Of a stretch of 12,029 nt of DNA, positions 1 to 6,872 are shown piece after piece (position 1 is the stretch's first letter; each line of letters begins with the position of its first letter). This stretch comes from Candidatus Thalassarchaeaceae archaeon (GTDB taxonomy: Archaea > Thermoplasmatota > Poseidoniia > Poseidoniales > Thalassarchaeaceae). The stretch lies in NCBI GenBank assembly GCA_030747675.1, contig JASLKH010000100.1, positions 1 through 12,029 on the forward strand. Direction: 5' to 3'. The notes beneath the pieces were generated by a model that did no database searches, had not been told where the DNA came from, and was given only the letters and a program-made list of their open reading frames with translations. The position numbers were made by a program, and so were the translations under genes.

Positions 1-1153
1 CTGCGCCGATTACTGTAACCGAACCATCTTCACCATGTAGTGTTTCTACTCGACCCGCTCGTTCATAGAACTCAGCAAGGCGACTGGAAAGATATGCTGG
101 ATATCCTTCTTCACCAGGCATTTCTTCCAAACGACTGGAAATTTCACGCATTGCTTCAGCCCATCGACTAGTCGAATCAGCCATCAATGCCACGTCGTAA
201 CCCATGTCACGGAAATATTCTGCAATCGTAATTCCAGTATACACAGATGCTTCACGTGCAGCAACTGGCATATTTGATGTATTTGCAATCATCACTGTCC
301 GATTCATCAAAGGTTTACCTGTATTTGGATCTATTAAATGAGGGAATTCATCAAGAACTTCCGTCATTTCATTTCCACGCTCTCCACAGCCAATATAAAC
401 AACAATTTGGGCATCAGAATACTTAGCTAAAGATTGCTGTGTGACTGTTTTTCCTGAACCAAACGGTCCTGGAATTCCTGCTGCACCACCTTTAGCCAGT
501 GGGAAAAGGAAATCCAAAATGCGCATCCCGGTAACAAGTGGTGTATCTGGCGCATACTTCTGCAGGAATGGACGCGGAGTTCGAACTGGCCATTTTTGCA
601 TCATTTGAATTTCGGTGCCATCATCTAGAGTACAAACCGTCTGAGTGACATTAAACGAACCGCTCTCTACACTAGCAACTTTACCACTTTGACCTGGAGG
701 AACCATGACTTTGTGAACAATAGTTTCAGTTTCCTGAACTGTTCCAATCACTGTTCCAGATGCCACTTCATCTCCAACGGAAACTGTGGCATCAAAGTCC
801 CAAATTTTCTCTAAATCTAACCCATCAGCATCTACACCACGTTCGATGAAGGTGCCCATGACATCAGCAAGAACTGGTAATGGTCGCTGAATACCATCAT
901 AAATTTGTGTCAATAAACCGGGGCCTAATTGAACAGACAATGTCTGACCAGTTCGTACTACCGGTTCGCCTGGTCTAATGCCAGACGTGTCTTCATATAC
1001 TTGGATAATTGATTTTTCACCGTGTAATTCGATTACTTCACCCATCAGTCCTTCATTTCCTACACGCACAACTTCATACATCCGAGAACGGATGCCTGTG
1101 GCTGTTACCACAGGTCCCGAAATGCGGTAAATCACTCCTTTTTCATCACTCAT
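1..1153 (-). CDS. atpA: A/V-type ATP synthase catalytic subunit A (AhaA/NtpA), 3'-truncated by the window edge
   Basis: Not in the ORF track; translated by hand. It reads [20 protein letters not shown]...[19 protein letters not shown]...[15 protein letters not shown]...[17 protein letters not shown], with Walker A GPFGSGKT (446-469), [43 protein letters not shown] and [12 protein letters not shown]. The frame is open to position 2 (384 codons). SD-like GGAAGTGA at 1159-1166 sits 5 nt before the ATG at 1153; an alternative in-frame ATG is at 1168. Confidence 0.99.
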   Translation of the reverse strand, partial: MSDEKGVIYRISGPVVTATGIRSRMYEVVRVGNEGLMGEVIELHGEKSIIQVYEDTSGIRPGEPVVRTGQTLSVQLGPGLLTQIYDGIQRPLPVLADVMGTFIERGVDADGLDLEKIWDFDATVSVGDEVASGTVIGTVQETETIVHKVMVPPGQSGKVASVESGSFNVTQTVCTLDDGTEIQMMQKWPVRTPRPFLQKYAPDTPLVTGMRILDFLFPLAKGGAAGIPGPFGSGKTVTQQSLAKYSDAQIVVYIGCGERGNEMTEVLDEFPHLIDPNTGKPLMNRTVMIANTSNMPVAAREASVYTGITIAEYFRDMGYDVALMADSTSRWAEAMREISSRLEEMPGEEGYPAYLSSRLAEFYERAGRVETLHGEDGSVTVIGA

Positions 1154-1180
1154 TTTTGTCACTTCCATTTTTTTTAGGAA

Positions 1181-1480
1181 TCACTTCCAAAGGTCTACGC
1201 CAAGCGCAGACTTGATGGACTCGCGGAGAGTATTATCCTCCTCGGTCCCAATGCCCAACACAGTGGGCGTAATGCTATCCGCTATCTGCGAACGCAGCCT
1301 ATCGGATAAGCGAGTTAGATCTGAACTATCAATTACGACAATTCCAACCTCATTTTGATTAAGCAAGTCACGAATTGTAGTCGTGAGCTCTTCATCATTT
1401 CCAGGGTGATATAACAAACTCACACCTGCAAGTTGGAACCCGAGGGTGAAGGAAGGTGTACCAACAACAGCAATCTCCAT
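1181..1480 (-). CDS. atpF: A/V-type ATP synthase subunit F
   Basis: 99 aa with the typical N-terminus MEIAVVGTPSFTLGFQLAGV, plus VGIVVI and LRESIKSALGVDLWK. It lies between C and A, with SD GAGGTGA 4 nt upstream. Confidence 0.97.
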   Translation of the reverse strand: MEIAVVGTPSFTLGFQLAGVSLLYHPGNDEELTTTIRDLLNQNEVGIVVIDSSDLTRLSDRLRSQIADSITPTVLGIGTEEDNTLRESIKSALGVDLWK

Positions 1481-1484
1481 TTTT

Positions 1485-1491
1485 TCACCTC
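1485..1491 (-). promoter_or_regulatory. Shine-Dalgarno site of atpF, overlapping the atpC stop
   Basis: TGA-GGTGA-AAAA-ATG: the atpC stop codon forms part of GAGGTGA, suggesting translational coupling. Confidence 0.8.
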
Positions 1492-2545
1492 AGATATCCA
1501 TGTGCGCTTCAATGACCTCATTTGAAAGGCCAGCCGCTTTACCACGCACGAGCAAACGGATATTTTGTACTTCAAGCACTTTGCTTTCAATATAGTAAAT
1601 AATCGGGAAGGCTGAAATTGGATTGAGATGAGCAAATCTGCGTAGAATCGCATAGTGACGGCGTTGTAGCAATGTCACAATAGGATCCATTGTTCCTTTC
1701 TCGGCACTAACTGCTAGGGCCTCCTCAAATCCAGTATCGTCAAATGTCGGTGCACGGCGGAAGGCCTCTAGAAGAGATGCTTCCGAATCTGCATGTGAAG
1801 CCTGCCTCAAAGCAGTTTCACCAATCTTGCCCCCGGTAATCATTAGCGTCGCACGATCATCGCCATGAATGTCTTGGCGAAGAGCGCGGAATTGGTTGAT
1901 GATATTTCGATTATCAATCTCTGAACGAAGATAACGGATGATTAATGGATGGCCATCAGGGCCACTCATGGCTTGAAGCGCTATACTGTAATACGAACGA
2001 TCAAGAGCATCTTCCATTTCCTGCAATGTAGCATCTGAATCAAGTTTGGATAGAGTATTTCCCCAAGGTGTTCCAGACATTGAGGTGACTGCTTCTGCCA
2101 ATGTGTCGGCATTTCGCACAATCTCAATCCAACGACTATTGCTGGAATTTTCTTCAGGAAGAACCTGGCTAGTTACAACTTCAACATCTGCACCACTATG
2201 CACGGCACGTAATACTGTCTTTGCATTATGGTATGAAAATCGGTCGACATAGACTGAAACCATACCTTTCAACCGTCCTTGACAGAACCCCAAAACTGTC
2301 GACAAATCATTGTCGAGATTGTGGCTTAATGCGGCTTCAATCAAATCGGCCCCAGATAGTCTGGAGGCATACTCCTCGATTTCATTGCGATATCCATGCT
2401 CACCGATACTGGCCCCAATCGTATCTGGGCCCAGTTGTAGTAGTTGGCGCATACGGGTAGCGTCAATCAAAGATGCCTTACGTGCCTTAGCACGTGCAGA
2501 GGCATTGGCCATATTAGAACGACCATTCATGATTTTAGCCACCAT
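1490..2545 (-). CDS. atpC: A/V-type ATP synthase subunit C
   Basis: About 350 aa, with N-terminal NASARAKARKASL and C-terminal NPISAFPIIYYIESKVLEVQNIRLLVRGKAAGL, characteristic of the AhaC/NtpC family. It lies between E and F. The start is uncertain: GTG 2551 (track), ATG 2545, or ATG 2530 (preceded by GGTGG). Confidence 0.93.
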   Translation of the reverse strand: MVAKIMNGRSNMANASARAKARKASLIDATRMRQLLQLGPDTIGASIGEHGYRNEIEEYASRLSGADLIEAALSHNLDNDLSTVLGFCQGRLKGMVSVYVDRFSYHNAKTVLRAVHSGADVEVVTSQVLPEENSSNSRWIEIVRNADTLAEAVTSMSGTPWGNTLSKLDSDATLQEMEDALDRSYYSIALQAMSGPDGHPLIIRYLRSEIDNRNIINQFRALRQDIHGDDRATLMITGGKIGETALRQASHADSEASLLEAFRRAPTFDDTGFEEALAVSAEKGTMDPIVTLLQRRHYAILRRFAHLNPISAFPIIYYIESKVLEVQNIRLLVRGKAAGLSNEVIEAHMDI

Positions 2546-2569
2546 ACTCACTTCCTTTTCATTATTAAT

Positions 2570-3133
2570 TCAATCAAATAGTTTTGAACTTACATCTCCA
2601 AGACTACTTTTCCAAGCAGTCTCCAGACGTGCATCAAATCTGAAGTCGAGGACAACCGATCCATCGTTTGACTCAAGCATAAACCCACCAAGGCCATCAA
2701 CATCATTTCCAATGTCAAAGCCCTTTGCCACCTTCTCAATTGCCTTTCGATCAATTGAGACAGGGAGTAGTTTCATGTCTTTGCTTCCAGCCTTCTTGGC
2801 TTCTGCAACGAGTGCCTTGAGAAGGTCTGCGCGCCCCTTTAGTTTCGCTGAGCCGACTTCTGCGACTACGGCTTCCCAAGTTGCGTCGAGTTCTGCAGCT
2901 TTTGCAATTAACTCACGTTTCTGGTTGTTTTGCCTTGCAGATGCTACAAGCTCATTGGATAACTGAGCAGATTCACGCTCAGCACGCGCCAACAATTGGT
3001 CTCGGATTTCAGCGACTTCAGAGTCGGCTTCTTTCTTCAGACCTTTTGCTTGTTTCTTGGCGGCATCTGCAATCGCCTTGGCTTCAGATTTGGATCGTGT
3101 TTCGATCTCTTCCGATAACGCTTTCAGCGACAT
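2570..3133 (-). CDS. atpE: A/V-type ATP synthase subunit E (peripheral stalk)
   Basis: Long Ala/Glu/Lys coiled-coil N-terminus and C-terminal GLGGFMLESNDGSVVLDFRFDARL motif, lying after K. SD GAGGTGA (3138-3144) is 4 nt from ATG 3133 but only 1 nt from ATG 3136, so 3133 is preferred. Confidence 0.95.
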   Translation of the reverse strand: MSLKALSEEIETRSKSEAKAIADAAKKQAKGLKKEADSEVAEIRDQLLARAERESAQLSNELVASARQNNQKRELIAKAAELDATWEAVVAEVGSAKLKGRADLLKALVAEAKKAGSKDMKLLPVSIDRKAIEKVAKGFDIGNDVDGLGGFMLESNDGSVVLDFRFDARLETAWKSSLGDVSSKLFD

Positions 3134-3137
3134 CATT

Positions 3138-3144
3138 TCACCTC
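3138..3144 (-). promoter_or_regulatory. Shine-Dalgarno site of atpE
   Basis: GAGGTGA 4 nt upstream of ATG 3133. Confidence 0.8.
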
Positions 3145-3180
3145 ATTCAATAGTAATCGTATATCGATTGGCCATCCTGC

Positions 3181-3504
3181 TCAGAGCAGGAACAGGGCCA
3201 AGAATCCGAATAGTACGATGGTTTCAGGCAGTGCAGTAAAGATTAGGCCAGTTACGAACTTGCTGTTGTCTTCGGCAATCATACCAACGGCAGCAGCGCC
3301 GATTTGTCCCTGGCTCAGACCTGTGCCGACGCCGGCTAGGCCCAATGCTAGACCTGCGCCGAGTTTGGCGAAAGCCTCTGTGTTGTCTTCACTTGTTGCA
3401 GCTTCATCACCCTGTGCACTAGCAACACCAGCAACTAATGCCAGTACGCTAAGCACCATGAGGGTGCGGAAACCAATCTTCATGGTCTTGTTGTTGTTGT
3501 TCAT
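3181..3504 (-). CDS. atpK: A/V-type ATP synthase proteolipid subunit K/c (single hairpin, with N-terminal leader)
   Basis: GAGLALGLAGVGTGLSQGQIGAAAVG glycine-stripe helix and second helix FTALPETIVLFG with the conserved carrier Glu (3223-3225). SD GGAGG at 3513-3517. Confidence 0.98.
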   Translation of the reverse strand: MNNNNKTMKIGFRTLMVLSVLALVAGVASAQGDEAATSEDNTEAFAKLGAGLALGLAGVGTGLSQGQIGAAAVGMIAEDNSKFVTGLIFTALPETIVLFGFLALFLL

Positions 3505-3512
3505 TTTTTATT

Positions 3513-3517
3513 CCTCC
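3513..3517 (-). promoter_or_regulatory. Shine-Dalgarno site of atpK
   Basis: GGAGG 8 nt upstream of ATG 3504. Confidence 0.8.
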
Positions 3518-3557
3518 ATTTTTTTCCTAGCTATATTGCTGGAATATGATATCCCGG

Positions 3558-5681
3558 TCACTCCACCTCCACATGGTGTGCCTTGAAGCCGAACGGGTCG
3601 AATGCCTCGCCGCTCGCGTCGTAAAATTGCCGCATCCATTCTACAAAGTGTAGACGTGCGGCGTGAATATTAGGGCTAAATACTCCAAGTCCCCAAGCGA
3701 ATATCTGCACTGCAAACCACCCAAGAATCATTACTGGAACTAAAAAGAGGCCTTCGCCCGACTGAATGCTATCCATCGCTGGATCAAATAGCATATTGTT
3801 TCCTGTTTCTGCAATTTTTACTCCAACCACTCCGACTGCGAATAATCGCACATAGGAAATGACTGTTGGCATCATCCCAACTGCCTCAATTGGCCCTAAA
3901 CCTACATTTATCGGGAATGGGACTCCATGGTATCGATAAAGCATCCAAATAATCATACCAATACCAATTGCAACTAATACTCCTCCTATCATCAACATTT
4001 GGTCAAGTAAATCGAGATAGGCTTGATCTGGGTTTACCCATTTCTCTTCATACGCGGGCGCGGACAAAAATGCATATGCTGCAAGGAAGCCACCTGAAAG
4101 TAGGATGAGCCAACTTCCCTTCTCGAAGATGGCACAAACAAGACCCGAATCGCCATGACCATTTCCATATAGATAGACATCTCTGAATCCAACAATAAGA
4201 CCCAATGCAACGTGTGCGACACCAATGTATATTGTAAGTAAAATGAGGTCCTCAAGATTTCCTCCGTCTTCGGCCATTAATACTCTATGGAATGGGAAAG
4301 CCAATTCCATGCCGAATGGTAAACTTGCATGCCAAAGGTGGCCATGTGCATCTACCCCCGGGTAGAGTACTGCTAATGCTTCAGCAGGGTTACTACCATG
4401 GTGAGGGTATATTTCAAAACCAGCAAATTCAGCATATAAGTATCCAAAGACGAAAGTTCCCAATCCAATATAAAGCAGGAATTTACCTCCAAGATTCATC
4501 ATTTCATTAGTCCCAGCCTTTCGTAAAACCATCCAACCAAGGCCCATAGTCACTAAACCATACGCCATATCACCCAACATCATTCCGAAGAAAATTGGGT
4601 ATGTGAAGAACATGAATAATGTCGGGTCGATTCTACCATAAGCAGGACGGCCCACTGCATCAGTCAGTAATTCCATCGGACGGCTTGCGGTACGATTAGT
4701 GAAGGCAATTGGTGGCATTTCTTGATGATGGTGATCATCACTATGTCCATGCCCACCTCCTCCTGGTTGAATCTTGAACGGTTCCACATCAACAACGATG
4801 CAGGTTTTAACTAGTGCAGATTTCACTTCTTCCGCACGGATCATTTCAACCCAACCATCGATAAGGAATGTATGCTCTGTAACAGCGAGGCGGACAGGGG
4901 CTGTCGCCATGGCATGATCTCTCTCAAGAAGTTCTAACCCACCATGGAATTTTTCACCGTTTTCTTTATTCCAAGATTCCAATTTCCCTGAAAGAGTTGA
5001 CTTTTCATCGATCAAAGATAATCTCTCAGAATCAATTTCTACGAGGCGAGATTTTGGTTCTCCTTTGCCTTCAGGAATTTGTATTGCAGAAAATCCAGCA
5101 GATTCCAAATCTGATTGAACGTCTTTCGCAATTTCTTTCTTGACAAAGACTCCAACTATGGTTTCTTTCCCAGTATTACCGGAAAGAATGATACCATCAC
5201 TTGCTGCTTTCTTAGCCGCCGTAAGATCGTTTACTGTACCAACAAATGTTGCTAATGATTCATAACCATCAAGTAACTCAGTTTCGACACCTAGCGGTGC
5301 AATCATTCGAAGTTGATTTTCCTCATCACCAAGTGAAGAAAGCATATTTTCAATTTCATCCATCCTTTCCGTATTTGCTATTAAAGATTCAACTGCTGTC
5401 GGTAAATCCTTGTCTAAGGCCTGACGGATTTCAGAAGCAATTGATGCATTCTTTGAATTCGAAGGTATATTAGATGAAACTGCCCTCATTTTGTTGAGTT
5501 CGCGACTCAGAATTTCAGTGGATCCATCAGGAGTTCCGAGGTTCAACCCTTGTTCCGAACCATCATAATCAACTATGTGTAACGCACGGAGTTGAGATAA
5601 GATGTTGATTGTCGCATCCAGATCCTCCAACATACCTGCAGCGACCAAACGCCCCATTTGTTGGGTATGAATCATAGACAT
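3558..5681 (-). CDS. atpI: A/V-type ATP synthase subunit I/a
   Basis: 707 aa: soluble N-terminal half, then PAYGRIDPT..FFGMMLGDMAYGL, several TM helices, the essential-Arg motif SYVRLFAVG and HAARLHFVEW. SD-like GAGTTGA sits 4 nt upstream. Confidence 0.98.
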   Translation of the reverse strand: MSMIHTQQMGRLVAAGMLEDLDATINILSQLRALHIVDYDGSEQGLNLGTPDGSTEILSRELNKMRAVSSNIPSNSKNASIASEIRQALDKDLPTAVESLIANTERMDEIENMLSSLGDEENQLRMIAPLGVETELLDGYESLATFVGTVNDLTAAKKAASDGIILSGNTGKETIVGVFVKKEIAKDVQSDLESAGFSAIQIPEGKGEPKSRLVEIDSERLSLIDEKSTLSGKLESWNKENGEKFHGGLELLERDHAMATAPVRLAVTEHTFLIDGWVEMIRAEEVKSALVKTCIVVDVEPFKIQPGGGGHGHSDDHHHQEMPPIAFTNRTASRPMELLTDAVGRPAYGRIDPTLFMFFTYPIFFGMMLGDMAYGLVTMGLGWMVLRKAGTNEMMNLGGKFLLYIGLGTFVFGYLYAEFAGFEIYPHHGSNPAEALAVLYPGVDAHGHLWHASLPFGMELAFPFHRVLMAEDGGNLEDLILLTIYIGVAHVALGLIVGFRDVYLYGNGHGDSGLVCAIFEKGSWLILLSGGFLAAYAFLSAPAYEEKWVNPDQAYLDLLDQMLMIGGVLVAIGIGMIIWMLYRYHGVPFPINVGLGPIEAVGMMPTVISYVRLFAVGVVGVKIAETGNNMLFDPAMDSIQSGEGLFLVPVMILGWFAVQIFAWGLGVFSPNIHAARLHFVEWMRQFYDASGEAFDPFGFKAHHVEVE

Positions 5682-5706
5682 CGAATCAACTCTCTAAAAT
5701 AAAATT

Positions 5707-6021
5707 TCAAGCGCGGAATTTTCCAAGTACAATATCAACCGCCTTGGAGCGGTTTTCTTCACCATTACTGTGGATTTTATCGATTGCCTTGTTACCAGAT
5801 TTGGATACTTTGTCAGCCTCCTTCTGTGCCTTTGCTCGGGCATCGTCAATTTTTTGTTGTGCATCTGCTTGTGCCTTTGCACGTCCTTCAGTTACAGTTT
5901 CTGCTGCGTTAACGCGAGCTTCTGTCAAAATATTGCTAGCATCAGACTCTGCCTTAGAAGCAGATGCGCGGGCATCGGCTTCGGCATCTCTGATAGTGCG
6001 TAAAACATCTGCACGACTCAT
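5707..6021 (-). CDS. atpH: A/V-type ATP synthase subunit H/G (peripheral stalk)
   Basis: 104 aa Ala/Glu/Lys-rich helix (MSRADVLRTIRDAEADA...EENRSKAVDIVL), first gene before subunit I. The track's GTG at 6030 lies within the SD AGGTGG, so ATG 6021 is the likely start. Confidence 0.9.
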   Translation of the reverse strand: MSRADVLRTIRDAEADARASASKAESDASNILTEARVNAAETVTEGRAKAQADAQQKIDDARAKAQKEADKVSKSGNKAIDKIHSNGEENRSKAVDIVLGKFRA

Positions 6022-6026
6022 GAAAT

Positions 6027-6032
6027 CCACCT
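6027..6032 (-). promoter_or_regulatory. Shine-Dalgarno site of atpH
   Basis: AGGTGG 5 nt upstream of ATG 6021. Confidence 0.75.
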
Positions 6033-6161
6033 ATGGTGGCATTGCCGAACTTTGAGGGGTTTATGATGATACCCTGTCGACAATGAGAAGTGCCGTTTTA
6101 GATGTGACAAGAAATTCAAAAGAGGATTGAACCAAATAGGCGGTGCTAGCCGCACTCCTCA
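6033..6161. promoter_or_regulatory. Divergent promoter region (atp operon / methyltransferase)
   Basis: Non-coding gap between divergent starts. Candidate TATA-like boxes are TCATAAAC (minus, about 6059-6066) and ATTGAACC after a purine-rich BRE-like AAAAGAGG (plus, about 6118-6133). The boxes are only tentative. Confidence 0.45.
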
Positions 6162-6863
6162 ATGGATAACGAAAGGATGGGACAAGAAGATTGGGCTGAA
6201 CTTCAGCGCAATCTAGAAGCCACTATTCCAGTTTACGATAGAATCAACCGATTTGCGACTATGGGCCAAGACAAAAGGTGGCGTAAAATGGTTCGCAGTC
6301 GCCTTCCCAAGGAAGGATCTATCCTCGAAGTAGGGTGTGGACCAGGAACATTTGCAGAGATGATTCCAGAGCGTGAATTGACTTGTCTAGACCCTATTCC
6401 TGAAATGCTTTCTGTAGCAGAAAAGAGGGTTAATTCCAATCGAGACCCCCCTGCAAAATTTGTTGAAGCAACTGCTGAAAATATGCCCTTTGAGGATGGA
6501 AGTTTTGAAGGAGTTTGTTCACTCTTTTCATTTCGCGACTGGTTCGACAAAAGAGCCGGGCTTGCTGAAGTGAAACGCGTTTTGAAACCAGGTGGGAAAC
6601 TGATTATTGTTGATCCTGCCAAAATGAATCGAGTGCACGGATGGTTTGGCTACCTTTGGATGAGAATCTGGGTGGGAGGATATGCTCGATTTATTTGCAA
6701 GATGAAGGACCACCCCTGGAAATGGTTGACCAAGACTTACGTACATTTTGGGACAACTAAAACCTACGTCAAGATGCTCAAAGATGTTGGATTTAAGGAT
6801 GTGAAATCAAAGGTCGTCTTCCCAGGTATGGCGACAATTTGGACTGCACACAAGCCGGAATGA
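6162..6863 (+). CDS. Class I SAM-dependent methyltransferase, UbiE/MenG (quinone C-methyltransferase) family
   Basis: YDRINRFATMGQDKRWRK matches the UbiE/MenG N-terminal YD..N...S.G....W motif. Also motif I ILEVGCGPG, AENMPFEDGSF and EVKRVLKPGGKLIIVD. The substrate is not provable, so no symbol is given. Confidence 0.85.
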   Translation: MDNERMGQEDWAELQRNLEATIPVYDRINRFATMGQDKRWRKMVRSRLPKEGSILEVGCGPGTFAEMIPERELTCLDPIPEMLSVAEKRVNSNRDPPAKFVEATAENMPFEDGSFEGVCSLFSFRDWFDKRAGLAEVKRVLKPGGKLIIVDPAKMNRVHGWFGYLWMRIWVGGYARFICKMKDHPWKWLTKTYVHFGTTKTYVKMLKDVGFKDVKSKVVFPGMATIWTAHKPE

Positions 6864-6872
6864 TATCAAATA

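Noticed and set aside
380-470. Possible intein in subunit A (VMA-type insertion sites near Walker A and GCGERGNE)
   Set aside because: The sequence reads continuously [35 protein letters not shown], with no insertion.
1009-1653. ORFs 1009-1215 (+) and 1420-1653 (-)
   Set aside because: They overlap atpA, atpF and atpC on the opposite strand or in another frame, with no family features.
3155-3169. AATCG-TATAT-CGATT inverted repeat between atpK and atpE (possible mRNA-stabilising stem)
   Set aside because: Only 5 bp and AT-rich, with no U-tract; expected by chance.
2046-3586. Plus-strand ORFs 2046-2252, 2221-2460, 2310-2966, 2881-3153, 3057-3239, 3218-3586
   Set aside because: Antisense shadows of atpC, atpE and atpK, with no recognisable motifs.
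3181-3720. Locally higher GC in atpK and the 3' end of atpI, suggesting foreign DNA
   Set aside because: Explained by Gly/Ala content and C-ending codons typical of highly expressed genes. The operon is continuous, with no mobility marks.
4034-6055. ORFs 4034-4255, 4292-4510, 5246-5473, 5694-5882, 5744-6055, 5770-6003
   Set aside because: Alternative-frame or antisense overlaps of atpI and atpH. The Cys/Phe/Ser bias reflects the reverse complement of Ala/Glu/Lys codons.
6018-6155. 45-codon minus-strand ORF (GTG 6155 to TGA 6018) whose stop overlaps the atpH ATG (ATGA)
   Set aside because: It spans the whole divergent promoter region, the GAGGA is directly adjacent to the GTG (no spacing), and the peptide is not protein-like. 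Most likely chance.
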